64,000 bases of DNA from assembly GCA_965223325.1 (NCBI GenBank), contig CBDCWI010000002.1, positions 2,400,001 through 2,464,000 on the forward strand, read 5' to 3'. The notes beneath the pieces are model-generated. The model was given only the letters and a program-made list of their open reading frames with translations, was not told the origin of the DNA and made no database searches. Of this stretch, positions 27,615 to 37,447 are shown one piece after another. Both the position numbers and the translations under genes were made by a program. The DNA is from Candidatus Multivoradales bacterium. GTDB lineage: Bacteria; Acidobacteriota; Thermoanaerobaculia; Multivoradales; Multivoraceae. Every line of letters begins with the position of its first letter. The stretch's first letter is position 1.

Positions 27615-28970
27615 TCAGGTGACCGGCGTCATTCGGGTCACCGGACCGATCGCCTCGAGCTGGCCTTCCAACTCGGCGGCGGGTCCGACGATGACGATAT
27701 GGATCTGGTCGGGATGAATGTGCTTCTGGGCGGCGGCCTGGATATCGGCTTTGGTCACGGCACGCATGCGGTCGTTCATGCCGTCGTAGTAGTCGTGTGG
27801 CAGGTCATGGACGATGAGGGTCTCGAGGCGATTGGCGACGCCTTGCAGGGTTTGCAGGGTGTAGGGGAAGACTCCCAGGACGTAGCTTCGGGCGTCTTCT
27901 AGTTCTTCGGCCTCGACGGGCTCATCGCGGATTCTGTGGAGCTCTTTGAGGGTCTCCCGAACGGCCTGGCCGGCGGACTCTGTTTCGACGGCAGCGCCAA
28001 CGAGGAACGGTCCCGGGCCGCGGCGATCGACAAAGCGACTCGATGCGCCGTAGGTGAAGCCGTGTTCTTCGCGCAGGTTGAGGTTGATGCGGCTGGTGAA
28101 CTTGCCGCCGAGAATGGCGTTTAGAAGGATGCGGGCCTCGCGACCGGGTTCGTTGCGGGTTGGCCCCGGGTGACCGATGCGCATTTCGGTCTGCTGTGCC
28201 TGGGGGCGGTCGACGAGGGTGATCTGGATGCCGTCCGGTCGCTCGGCGCAGATCGCTGGACGTGCAGGCGGCTCCTGGTCGACGAACCCCGCTAGAGCGT
28301 TTCCGAGTCGATCGGCGATTTCGTCGAAGTCTGCTCCGCCGGCGGCGATGACCTTGGTGCCGGCGCTTCGCATCGTGCGACGGTAGAAGGCAAGGAGCTC
28401 GGCCGGGTCGACGCTCTCGAGGTCGGCGCGTGTGCCCAGCAGCGAGTGGCCGTAGATCCCGTCGCCGTAAAGTGTTTGCGAGAAGGCAATGCCGGCGATC
28501 GATCCGGGGTCGGCAGCCCGTCTTTCGATCTCGGCGAGGCGCTGCTTGCGAATGCGGTCGATGTCGTCGGCGGGAAAATCGGGCTGGGTCGCGACGTCGA
28601 TGAAGACCGGAAGCACGGCGGCGATGTGTTCGGTGAGGATGTCCAACGAGATTTCTGAGGCGTCCCAGTCGGCGCCGCTCGAGATGCCGCCGCCGTACTT
28701 CTCGACGGCCCGCGCGAGCTCGGTGGAGCTCTGGCCTGCGGCCCCCTCATCGAGACTGGCGGCAGACATGGAAGCGAGCCAGGCTTGTCCGCGGGGCGCG
28801 TAAGAAGCACCACCGGGTGCCAAAAGGCGAAGGGCGGTAAGTCCCTCATGGTTCGAGCGCACGGTGAACATCTGAAGACCGGAATCGATCTCCCGAACCT
28901 CGAAGTCTGGAAAGCTGAACGCACGAGGTTCACCAGCAGCCGGTGGGTTGCGACGATCGACGGTACTCAT
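27615..28970 (-). CDS. M16 (insulinase/pitrilysin) peptidase, non-catalytic subunit
   Basis: ILGGKFTSRINLNLREEHGFTYG; no HxxEH motif; 4-bp overlap with its partner. Confidence 0.9.
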   Translation of the reverse strand: MSTVDRRNPPAAGEPRAFSFPDFEVREIDSGLQMFTVRSNHEGLTALRLLAPGGASYAPRGQAWLASMSAASLDEGAAGQSSTELARAVEKYGGGISSGADWDASEISLDILTEHIAAVLPVFIDVATQPDFPADDIDRIRKQRLAEIERRAADPGSIAGIAFSQTLYGDGIYGHSLLGTRADLESVDPAELLAFYRRTMRSAGTKVIAAGGADFDEIADRLGNALAGFVDQEPPARPAICAERPDGIQITLVDRPQAQQTEMRIGHPGPTRNEPGREARILLNAILGGKFTSRINLNLREEHGFTYGASSRFVDRRGPGPFLVGAAVETESAGQAVRETLKELHRIRDEPVEAEELEDARSYVLGVFPYTLQTLQGVANRLETLIVHDLPHDYYDGMNDRMRAVTKADIQAAAQKHIHPDQIHIVIVGPAAELEGQLEAIGPVTRMTPVT

Positions 28971-30238
28971 GCTCCTTCTCCCGCGGCTGCCCGGGGTTCT
29001 ACGCGCACTGTTGCGGCGCGCGAGAAGTCGGCGTGGTCGCGCGCCACGTCGAGGCAGTCCTCCGCAGTGATTTCGGCTATACGCTCGGGAATTCTGGTGA
29101 CTGCCTCCGGGTCATCGAAGTAGGTGGTCATCTGGGAGATCAGGTCGGCCCGGCTGTCGTAGCTCTGCAGTTCGTTCCAGATCCCGGCCAGGAGGCGCGC
29201 TCTCGACTGCTCGAGGATGGCCTCGTCGAGCGGTTCCGTACGCACCCGCCGCATCCAGTCGTCCACTGCCGCCTCGAGCTCGTCGGGGTCGGCGTCGTTG
29301 CGGGCAGTCGCCAGGACGCCGAAGGTGGCGCATTCTTCGGTCGGCATCACCCAGGCAGCGACGTTCTGCGCCAGCTGGCGCTCGAGGACCAGGTCTTCGA
29401 CCATCAAGCTCGACTTGCCGCTGGCCAGTGCCTCGGCAAGCACCTGCGCCGCCTGCCATGCGCGGCTGCCGAAGCCGGGCACCACAGTCGCCATGTAGAG
29501 CCTGGTCAAAGCGACGTCATCTTCGATGACCTCGCGCGCTGGGCCGGTCGACTCCGGTAGGCCGCCGCCGATCAAACCAGGCGTTTCGCCCGCCGCTTTG
29601 ATGTCACCAAACCAGCGTTCGGCGAGGTCGAAGCCGCGCTCCGTTTCAACGTCGCCCGCGAGGGTCAAAACGGCGTTGTCGGGGCCATACCAGGTGCGGA
29701 AGAAGGTCTCGATCTGCTCGAGCTTGGCGGCTTCGATGTCTTTCATGTAGCCGATGACGGGCCAGCGATAGGGATGCCCTTCGTGGTACAGGAGCTCGTT
29801 CAGTCTCTCCATCGCCTGGCCGTAGGGCTGGTTGTCGACGCGCTGCCGACGCTCGTTCATCACGACCGAACGCTGGTTCTCGAGCTTCTCCGAGGTCATC
29901 GCCGGGAGCAAGAAGCCCATGCGATCGGACTCGAGCCAGAGCCCGAGCTCCAGGCAATGGCTGGGAAGTGTCTCGTAGTAGTTGGTTCGGTCGTACCAGG
30001 TCGATCCGTTGGCCACCCCGCCTACCTGCTGGACGTAGCGGAAGTGATCGTTGGCCGGGATGTTCTCAGAGCCCTGAAAGAGCATGTGCTCAAAGAGGTG
30101 GGCGAAGCCGGTCAGGCCCGGGCGCTCGTTCTTGGAGCCGACGTGGTACCAGACGTTGACGGCGCACAGAGGCAGGGAGTTGTCTTGATGGACGATGACT
30201 TTCAGGCCATTGTCGAGGGTGCGACGCTGGATTTGCAT
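28967..30238 (-). CDS. M16 peptidase, catalytic subunit
   Basis: YHVGSKNE..GFAHLFEHMLF (HxxEH), LESDRM, VVMNERRQ. Confidence 0.93.
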   Translation of the reverse strand: MQIQRRTLDNGLKVIVHQDNSLPLCAVNVWYHVGSKNERPGLTGFAHLFEHMLFQGSENIPANDHFRYVQQVGGVANGSTWYDRTNYYETLPSHCLELGLWLESDRMGFLLPAMTSEKLENQRSVVMNERRQRVDNQPYGQAMERLNELLYHEGHPYRWPVIGYMKDIEAAKLEQIETFFRTWYGPDNAVLTLAGDVETERGFDLAERWFGDIKAAGETPGLIGGGLPESTGPAREVIEDDVALTRLYMATVVPGFGSRAWQAAQVLAEALASGKSSLMVEDLVLERQLAQNVAAWVMPTEECATFGVLATARNDADPDELEAAVDDWMRRVRTEPLDEAILEQSRARLLAGIWNELQSYDSRADLISQMTTYFDDPEAVTRIPERIAEITAEDCLDVARDHADFSRAATVRVEPRAAAGEGA

Positions 30239-30516
30239 TCTTGCGGTGCTTTCGGTGGTGAGGGCTCGAGGAGACCTGGCGGTCGGCGGTGGGCGGCGGG
30301 CGCGTGGGTGGTAGGCGCGTGGTGGTGGGCGTTGATCATATGTGAGGGGTGGGACTGTGCCGCTGGGGGCCAGCGGGCGCAGGGCCTGCGGGCACGGCGA
30401 CGCTTCTTGTGCCTGCTAGGGGGCTGGCGCCGCCTGCGCTTTCCGGCCGCTCGTCGTTGGTTGACTGCGTTGGACCTCGTGGTGCGGCCGGAAAGAGCAC
30501 CCTCGGCCCCGCGCCC

Positions 30517-30755
30517 GCCGTCCCCCAGCTCGGGACCGGCCGCGCCGTCAAACCGGGGGGTGGTGAGGGGGGTGGGTGGGGACTGCGTGGGGAGGACTGC
30601 AAGGGGGGACTGCGAGGGGGGACTGCGAGGTGGTGGGCGGCGGCCGTCCCCCAGCTCGGGACCGGCCGCGCCGTCAAACCGGGGGGTGGTGAGGGGGATG
30701 GGTGGGGACAGCGAGGGGGGGACTGTGGGTGGGGACTGTGGGTGGGACTCTGGGG
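30517..30755. repeat. 67-bp direct repeat x2 (30517-30583, 30643-30709) interleaved with G-rich GGGG(GG)ACTG units
   Basis: GCCGTCCCCCAGCTCGGGACCGGCCGCGCCGTCAAACCGGGGGGTGGTGAGGGGGRTGGGTGGGGAC, period 126. Confidence 0.9.
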
Positions 30756-30917
30756 TGCCGACTGCTCGGAAACGCTGTCCGCCGGCTACCACGTCTCGGA
30801 TCAGTCCTGTATATTCGAAGACCCGCTAGTCACAAGAAAAACTGCCTGACGCCGCCCATTTGGCGGTCTCGTAGCCCCGGGGCGCGGCGTCTCGCCTGAG
30901 TGGAGGATGCGTCCAGA

Positions 30918-32990
30918 ATGCAGATCGAAAACTCCGATCTCCTGAGGAACGTCGCAGTCGTTGGCCACAACGACACCGGGAAGACAACCCTGGTGAGCGC
31001 GATTCTCCACTCGTCAGGTATTGCCAACCGCTTGAACCGTCCCGAAGACGGGAACGCGGTCACCGACTTCGACCCCGAGGAGATCGAACGCGGCATTTCG
31101 ATCAACCTGGCACCGGCCTTTGGAACCTGGGAAGGCCACAAGATCAATCTGATCGACAGTCCTGGCTACGGCATCTTCATGAACGAAATCCGTTCCGCCA
31201 TGCGCGCTGCCGACTCGACGCTCCTCTGCATCGACGCACTCTCGGGGCCGCAGGTGACGTCGGAACGCTCTTGGAACTTCGGCGAGCGCATCGGCCAACC
31301 TGTTGCGTTCCTCCTGACGCGAAGCGATCGCGAGAACGCCGACTTCGAACGGGCCGTTACGGCGATTCAGGAAGCCTTCAACCGCAACGCCATGCCGGTC
31401 CAGATTCCAATCGGCAGTGAAGGCGACTTCGAAGGAGTCGTCGATCTCGTGAGCCAGAAAGCGTTTCGCTACAAGCGGGACGGCGACGGCAAAGCCAAGG
31501 CAGAGGAGATTCCCGCCGAGTTGGCGGACATGGCCAGTGAATGGCACTCGCGCCTGGTCGAAGCAGTTGCCGAGTCAGACGAAGAGCTGATGGAGAAGTA
31601 CTTCGAGGAGGGCGATCTCGACGCCGAAAGCCTCGCAGCCGGTCTCAAGAAGGCGTTTCTCACTCGTGAGGTCTTCCCGATCCTGATTTCGGCAGCCGGG
31701 CACGGCATTGGCACGTCTGCGCTGCTCGATTCGATCGTCACCTTCTTCCCAAGTCCGACCGAAGTGTCCTACCCGGCTTCCGACATCGGCGGCGAGGAGG
31801 TAGCGCTCGACAGCAGTCACACCGCCGCCGTCGTCATCAAGACGCTTTCGGATCCCTTCACCGGCAAGATCTCGATTCTGCGCATCGTGCAGGGAGAACT
31901 CTCCGCCACCCCGCTATGGAACGCCAACACCGAGGAGGCCGAAAAAGTCGGCAGCCTCATGTTGATGCAGGGCAAGACCGGAACCGCCACCAGCAAAGCT
32001 GTCGCTGGCGACATCGTTGGCATCGCCAAACTCAAGAACACCCACACGGGCGACACCCTGACCAGCAAGGACAAACCGGTCCGCCTCGGCTGGATCGACC
32101 CACCGGTGTCGGCGATGTCGTTTGCCATCGAGCCCAGGTCGAAGGGCGACGAAGAGAAGATCGGCGACGCGATCCTGCGCCTCGTCGAGGAAGATCCGAG
32201 TCTGCGCGCCGGGCGTGATCCCCAAACCGGTGAATACCTTCTCACCGGCACCAGCCAGCTGCACGTCGAGATCGCGGTGGCGCGGCTGAAGAATCGCTAC
32301 AAGGTCGAGGTCATCCTGCATCCGCCCAAGGTTCCCTACCGCGAAACCATCAAGCGTGCCGCCGACGGCCACGGGCGCCACAAGAAGCAGTCGGGCGGGC
32401 GTGGCCAGTTCGCCGACTGCAAGATCAAGATGGAGCCGCGCGAAAGCGGTGCCGGTTTCGAGTTTGCCGATGAGATCTTCGGCGGTTCGATTCCCCAGGG
32501 GTATCGCCCGGCGGTTGAGAAAGGCATCGTGGAAGCAGCCGAGCGCGGCTTCCTCGCCGGCTACCCGATGGTCGACTTCCGCGTGCGGCTGCTCGACGGC
32601 CAGTACCACGACGTGGATTCGTCGGAAATGGCGTTCAAGATCGCTGGCTCGTTGGCCTACAAAGACGCGATGACGAACGCTGCACCAACCATTCTCGAAC
32701 CGATCATGGCGGTCGAAATCAACACCACCGAAGAGTTCATGGGCGACGTGATGGGCGATCTCTCGCAGCGTCGAGGCCGCCCGCAAGGCATGGACACCAA
32801 GGGCAACAAGCAGGTGGTCAAAGCGACCGTGCCGCTTGCCGAGATGCTCGACTACGCAACCGCTCTGCGGTCGATGACCCAGGGGCGGGCCAACTTCTCG
32901 ATGGACTTCTCGCACTACGACGAGGTGCCGCGCAACATCCAGGAGCGCATCATCGCCGAGGCGCAGCGCGAACAGGCTGAGGCGTCCTAG
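30918..32990 (+). CDS. Elongation factor G paralog (EF-G2-like)
   Basis: [40 protein letters not shown]; GGAGG SD. The canonical fusA lies elsewhere in this window. Confidence 0.92.
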   Translation: MQIENSDLLRNVAVVGHNDTGKTTLVSAILHSSGIANRLNRPEDGNAVTDFDPEEIERGISINLAPAFGTWEGHKINLIDSPGYGIFMNEIRSAMRAADSTLLCIDALSGPQVTSERSWNFGERIGQPVAFLLTRSDRENADFERAVTAIQEAFNRNAMPVQIPIGSEGDFEGVVDLVSQKAFRYKRDGDGKAKAEEIPAELADMASEWHSRLVEAVAESDEELMEKYFEEGDLDAESLAAGLKKAFLTREVFPILISAAGHGIGTSALLDSIVTFFPSPTEVSYPASDIGGEEVALDSSHTAAVVIKTLSDPFTGKISILRIVQGELSATPLWNANTEEAEKVGSLMLMQGKTGTATSKAVAGDIVGIAKLKNTHTGDTLTSKDKPVRLGWIDPPVSAMSFAIEPRSKGDEEKIGDAILRLVEEDPSLRAGRDPQTGEYLLTGTSQLHVEIAVARLKNRYKVEVILHPPKVPYRETIKRAADGHGRHKKQSGGRGQFADCKIKMEPRESGAGFEFADEIFGGSIPQGYRPAVEKGIVEAAERGFLAGYPMVDFRVRLLDGQYHDVDSSEMAFKIAGSLAYKDAMTNAAPTILEPIMAVEINTTEEFMGDVMGDLSQRRGRPQGMDTKGNKQVVKATVPLAEMLDYATALRSMTQGRANFSMDFSHYDEVPRNIQERIIAEAQREQAEAS

Positions 32991-33179
32991 CTGAGGCTTC
33001 GTTGCGCACCGACCCGCGCTGAGGCATCGTCGGGTCGACCCTCTGGGGCGGGAAGGCTTCGCTCTGCCCTCTCTTCTTTCACCCTGCTCCTGCTTGCAGC
33101 GACCAGCGCGGGGGCGGCACCGCGCGCGCGCATCGAGGGCCGTGTTCTGACCATCGAAGCACCGCTCGAGTACGGCGGT

Positions 33180-34034
33180 TTGCTGGCGAGTCTCGAACCA
33201 GACGTCGACCGGCTGGTCGAGGTCGTCGAGCGCGACCTCGACCTACACGCCGCCGGACCAATCCGGATCTACCTCATTCCACCCGTGCTCGACGACCCGG
33301 AGCTACGCGCGATCAACGGCCGGGCTCCCGAGTGGGCGGCTGGTTTCATGCTGCCGCAAGAACGAATTGGTGCGGTGCGACTTTCCCAGGTCAACACCTA
33401 CCCTCATGACGGCCTGCGCATGGTCCTCGCTCACGAAGTCACCCACCAGCTGGTTTACGACGGGGTCGGGCACGAGCTTCCGCAGTGGCTCAGCGAGGGT
33501 GTTGCCACCTGGGAAGGCAGGCGGCGAGGACTCCGTGACTGGTTCGTCGCGTCGTCAGTCATTGTGCCCGGCGGCTTGCCGACGTTGCGCGAGCTCGATC
33601 GCGATTTCGGCCGCACCGCCGGTCATACCCGTCGCGCCTACGCGCTCAGTTTCGACTTCGTCGACTGGAGCGTCGATCGCTACGGGCAACAGTTCCTGCC
33701 CGACCTTCTCGACCAGATACCGCGCACCTCCTCGATCGAGGAAGCCTGGCAGCGCGCGGGTGGCGAAGATCTGGCGCTCGCTGAGGGCAAGTGGCGTCGC
33801 AGCACTCTCTTGCTCCATCGCTGGCTACCGCTTCTCTCGGGCTCTGGCTCGCTGTGGATTCTGGTCACTCTGATCGCTCTTTTGGCCGGCGTTGGCAGGC
33901 GACGAAAGACGCGGGTTATCGAAGCGAAGTGGGCCGCAGAGGCTGCGGCACTCGAAGGCCAGACCTGGGACGACACCCTGCCCACTGGCTCGGAAGATGG
34001 CGAAAGTGGGAACAACAGCGAGTGGGTCAACTAA
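33180..34034 (+). CDS. Peptidase MA-like (gluzincin) membrane-anchored protein; true start probably further upstream
   Basis: LAHEVTH..PQWLSEGVA; C-terminal TM helix; frame is open back to 32991. Confidence 0.8.
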   Translation: MLASLEPDVDRLVEVVERDLDLHAAGPIRIYLIPPVLDDPELRAINGRAPEWAAGFMLPQERIGAVRLSQVNTYPHDGLRMVLAHEVTHQLVYDGVGHELPQWLSEGVATWEGRRRGLRDWFVASSVIVPGGLPTLRELDRDFGRTAGHTRRAYALSFDFVDWSVDRYGQQFLPDLLDQIPRTSSIEEAWQRAGGEDLALAEGKWRRSTLLLHRWLPLLSGSGSLWILVTLIALLAGVGRRRKTRVIEAKWAAEAAALEGQTWDDTLPTGSEDGESGNNSEWVN

Positions 34035-34205
34035 CCGGTGACCGGCGGCCACCCGGAGCACGATTACCTAATACCCATATGGCGAGGCACGGGCTACAAT
34101 CAACCGGCTAGCAACAGTTGTTTGAAGGCCGCGAAAGCCAGCCATCGTCCGAGCGGCGAAGGCCGGGAGGCCTGTTACCCCACGAACCAGCGATAGGAGA
34201 CTCCG

Positions 34206-34535
34206 ATGAGCGACGAGATTTTTGACAAAGCCAAAGCTGACCTCGACAAGTACGGCGGTGGTGACGAAGCCGTCCTGAAGGGCATCATCAAGCATCTCGG
34301 TATCGCCGTGCGCAGCAAAGATGCAAGCCTCGTTTCGGTCTCCGACCCGAGTGAGCTCGAGCGGGTTCGCGAAAGCTTCCTCAAGAAGAAGCTCGGCCTC
34401 GACTCCAGCGACGCAGAGCTCGACGGCGAGATCCAGAAGGTCGCTGAAGAGATGAAGGGCGATCACAACAAGCAGCGCACGACCTTCTACTACCTGCTGG
34501 CCAAGAACCTTGGCCGCACAGGAGACTTCGCGTAG
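34206..34535 (+). CDS. DUF2853-family small protein
   Basis: DASLVS.SD..EL.RVRESFLKKKLGL..K.RTTFYYLLA; AGGAG SD. Confidence 0.8.
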   Translation: MSDEIFDKAKADLDKYGGGDEAVLKGIIKHLGIAVRSKDASLVSVSDPSELERVRESFLKKKLGLDSSDAELDGEIQKVAEEMKGDHNKQRTTFYYLLAKNLGRTGDFA

Positions 34536-34572
34536 AGGCCCCCGCCGCCGGAGTTCTTCCGGCCGGAAACAC

Positions 34573-34599
34573 AAAGGCGAGCCCAGCGGGCTCGCCTTT
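34573..34599. terminator. Bidirectional intrinsic terminator
   Basis: AAAGGCGAGCCC-agc-GGGCTCGCCTTT between convergent genes. Confidence 0.75.
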
Positions 34600-34632
34600 C
34601 TTCATTCCGAGGGCGAAGACCGCTCGGCGCTG

Positions 34633-34998
34633 CTAGCTCGGATCGTAGTCGACGAACTCGAGAATCGCTTCTTCGGCGCCGTCTCCACGACGGGGGCCGA
34701 GCTTGACGATTCGAAGGTACCCACCGGGGCGATCGCTGAAACGCGGCGCGATGTCATCAAAGAGTCTCTTGACGATGTCACGGTCTGCGATCCAACGCCG
34801 CACCATCCGGCGTGAGTGCACGCTGTCGTCACGACTGCGGGTTACCAGCTTCTCGGCCACCGGCCGCAGCTCCTTCGCCTTCGGCAAGGTGGTGCGAATC
34901 CGCTCGTGCTGGAACAGAGAAGCCAACTGATTGCGGAACATCGCCCGCCGATGGGAGGACGTCCGTCCAAGTTTCCTGTGCTTCATTCCGTGACGCAT
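34633..34998 (-). CDS. rplQ: 50S ribosomal protein L17
   Basis: MRHG..RKLGRTSSHRRA, RPGGYLRI. Confidence 0.97.
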   Translation of the reverse strand: MRHGMKHRKLGRTSSHRRAMFRNQLASLFQHERIRTTLPKAKELRPVAEKLVTRSRDDSVHSRRMVRRWIADRDIVKRLFDDIAPRFSDRPGGYLRIVKLGPRRGDGAEEAILEFVDYDPS

Positions 34999-35047
34999 TT
35001 CTTACTCCAAGAGGGCTCCTCTCCCATAGGAGGAAGGCCCGTAACAC

Positions 35048-36028
35048 CTAAAGGCCGGCTGCTGGGCGCTCGGGGACGTCCATGCCGAAGGAAAGACCAA
35101 GAGCCGCAAGGATGTCCGAGATCTCCTCGAGCGACTTCTTGCCGAAGTTCTTGGTCTCCAACATTTCGCGCTCGCTACGCCGCACCAGCTCGCGCAGGGT
35201 GGTGATCTCCGCGTTCTTGAGACAGTTGGCGGAGCGCACCGAGAGGTCCAACTCGTCGATGCTGCGCTCGAGCACCGCGTCGAGACCGGTGAGCTCCTCG
35301 GGAACGGTACGCTCCGGCCCAGCGTGGATGCTCTCCTCAGCTTCAATGAAGATCGTGAGGTGATCCTTGAGCAGCATCGAAGCGCGCGACAGGGCATGTT
35401 CCGGAGCGATCGTGCCGTTGGTCCAGACCTCGAGAGTCAGGCGCTCATAGTCGGTGGCGCGACCCAGGCGTGCAGACTCGACGCTGTAGTTGACCTTGCG
35501 CACCGGGGTGTGAACGGAATCCAGCGGAATCCAGCCGATACCCATGGTCTCGTCGAAGTTCTTGTCGGCGCTCACGTACCCACGACCGTTCGAGACCCGC
35601 GCTTCCAGGCGAAGGTTGCCCTCCTCGTTCAAGGTCGCGATGCGCACGTCCGGGTCGCAAATTTCGACCGATGGGTCCGCCTGGATGTCGGCCGCGGTCA
35701 CAACCGCCGGCCCCTTGACGTCGATCGTCACGATGCGTGGTTCTTCGCCTTCGTAGCGAATCGGAACCTGCTTGAGGTTGAGAATCAGGTCGGTGACGTC
35801 GTCGACAACACCGGTGAGCGAGGAGAACTCGTGGAGTACACCTTCGATCTGAACAGCGGTGACCGCTGCTCCTTCGATCGAAGAAAGCAGGCTGCGACGC
35901 AGAGCGTTGCCCACCGTCGTGCCAAAGCCCCGCTCGAAGGGCTGGGCGGTGAACTTGCCATAGTTTGGCGTGAGCGAGTCATGATCTGCCTCAACCCGCT
36001 TGGGGCGCTGAAAGCCTTTCCAAAGCAT
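35048..36028 (-). CDS. rpoA: RNA polymerase alpha subunit
   Basis: PFERGFGTTVGNALRR, LSVRSANCL, NFGKKSL. Confidence 0.98.
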   Translation of the reverse strand: MLWKGFQRPKRVEADHDSLTPNYGKFTAQPFERGFGTTVGNALRRSLLSSIEGAAVTAVQIEGVLHEFSSLTGVVDDVTDLILNLKQVPIRYEGEEPRIVTIDVKGPAVVTAADIQADPSVEICDPDVRIATLNEEGNLRLEARVSNGRGYVSADKNFDETMGIGWIPLDSVHTPVRKVNYSVESARLGRATDYERLTLEVWTNGTIAPEHALSRASMLLKDHLTIFIEAEESIHAGPERTVPEELTGLDAVLERSIDELDLSVRSANCLKNAEITTLRELVRRSEREMLETKNFGKKSLEEISDILAALGLSFGMDVPERPAAGL

Positions 36029-36194
36029 TGTCGTATCGACTCCTTTCCTGGGCACGGCTACCGGTTGGTAGAACGGCTTCGAATGCTGGGAGAGATCTCG
36101 AAAGCGAGAACTCAGAGGGTGATGAACGGAAACTGATCAGCGCGACCTCGACGGTCGCTGGTGTCTGCCCTCTCGGGCAAGAACAAAGGGGCGT

Positions 36195-36584
36195 TCAGAC
36201 GCGGCGACGCTTGCGTGGGCGGCAGCCGTTGTGGGGAATCGGGGTCACGTCGCGGATGGACTTGACACTCAGACCAGTGGCCTGGAGTGCGCGCACGGCC
36301 GATTCTCGACCGCCACCCGGGCCCTTGACCTGCACATCGATGGTGCGCACGCCCATGTCCTTGGCCTGGTAACCACAGTTCTGGGCGGCGATCTGGGCGG
36401 CGTAGGGCGTGCCCTTGCGCGACCCTTTGAAACCCGCGCGACCAGCGGAAGACCAGGTCAGGACGTTGCCTTCGGGATCGCTGATGGTGATCTGCGTGTT
36501 GTTGAAGGTGGCACGCACGCTGGCCAGGGCGTGAGACGGTGCATCACGCTTCTTGTTCTTTTTGTCAGTGTTGGGCTTTGCCAT
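36195..36584 (-). CDS. rpsK: 30S ribosomal protein S11
   Basis: [22 protein letters not shown]. Confidence 0.98.
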   Translation of the reverse strand: MAKPNTDKKNKKRDAPSHALASVRATFNNTQITISDPEGNVLTWSSAGRAGFKGSRKGTPYAAQIAAQNCGYQAKDMGVRTIDVQVKGPGGGRESAVRALQATGLSVKSIRDVTPIPHNGCRPRKRRRV

Positions 36585-36615
36585 CTTCTTCTATCTCCTG
36601 AACGCCGTGCGTTCT

Positions 36616-36996
36616 CTACTTCTTGACCTTCTTCTTGCCGGCGACGGTAGCGCGACGGGGACCCTTACGGGTACGGGCGTTGGTGCTCGTGCGTTGACCG
36701 CGAACCGGCAGCCCGCGGCTGTGGCGAACGCCGCGGTAGCAACCGATCTCCTGGAGTCTCTTGATGTTCTGGATGACGTCCTTGCGCAGGTCACCCTCGA
36801 CTCCGCCTTCCTCCTGGATGATCTCGCGAATGCGGCGGGCTTCCTCCTCGGTAAGGTCTTTGACTTTGACAGTGGGCTCGACCTCGGCCTTCTCGAGGAT
36901 GTTGTACGAGCGCGTCTTGCCAATACCGTAGATGTAGGTCAAGCCGACCCAGACCTGTTTCGGCTGCGGAAGATCGATACCAGCGATACGTGCCAT
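36616..36996 (-). CDS. rpsM: 30S ribosomal protein S13
   Basis: [26 protein letters not shown]. Confidence 0.98.
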   Translation of the reverse strand: MARIAGIDLPQPKQVWVGLTYIYGIGKTRSYNILEKAEVEPTVKVKDLTEEEARRIREIIQEEGGVEGDLRKDVIQNIKRLQEIGCYRGVRHSRGLPVRGQRTSTNARTRKGPRRATVAGKKKVKK

Positions 36997-36998
36997 GC

Positions 36999-37112
36999 CT
37001 AGCCCTGCCTCTGCTTGTGCTTGGGGTTCTCGCAAAGGACGCGCACAACACCCCTACGACGCACGACTTTGCACTTGTCGCACATTCTCTTGACTGACGC
37101 TCTTACCTTCAT
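36999..37112 (-). CDS. rpmJ: 50S ribosomal protein L36 (Zn-ribbon form; not in the ORF track)
   Basis: Manual translation [37 protein letters not shown]. Confidence 0.95.
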   Translation of the reverse strand: MKVRASVKRMCDKCKVVRRRGVVRVLCENPKHKQRQG

Positions 37113-37130
37113 GACTCTCTCTTTTCCCTC

Positions 37131-37355
37131 TTAGGTACGCAGCCTGTAGACGATGCGGCCGCGCTCGGGGTCGTATGGCGACAGCTCGACGCGCACCCGA
37201 TCGCCGGGCAGGATCCGAATGAAGTGCTTGCGCATCTTTCCGGAGATGTGGGTCAACGCTAGATGGCCGTTTTCCAGTTCCACGCGGAACATCGCGTTCG
37301 GCAGTGTTTCCACAACCGTCGCTTCGACCTCGATTCCTTCTTCTTTTTCTGACAA
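37131..37355 (-). CDS. infA: Translation initiation factor IF-1
   Basis: [26 protein letters not shown]. Confidence 0.98.
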   Translation of the reverse strand: MSEKEEGIEVEATVVETLPNAMFRVELENGHLALTHISGKMRKHFIRILPGDRVRVELSPYDPERGRIVYRLRT

Positions 37356-37447
37356 ACCTGAATGCCTCTCTTGTGACCCGATCCGTAAGTGAACTGCGGG
37401 GAGGGGAAGAACCTCTTTCGGACCTTGGAAATTCCGTCCCTGCCGTA

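Noticed and set aside
30517-30709. Mini-CRISPR, or protein-coding ORFs across the G-rich repeat
   Set aside because: Only two long repeats with low-complexity filler; the overlapping ORFs are Pro/Gly-rich with no motifs.
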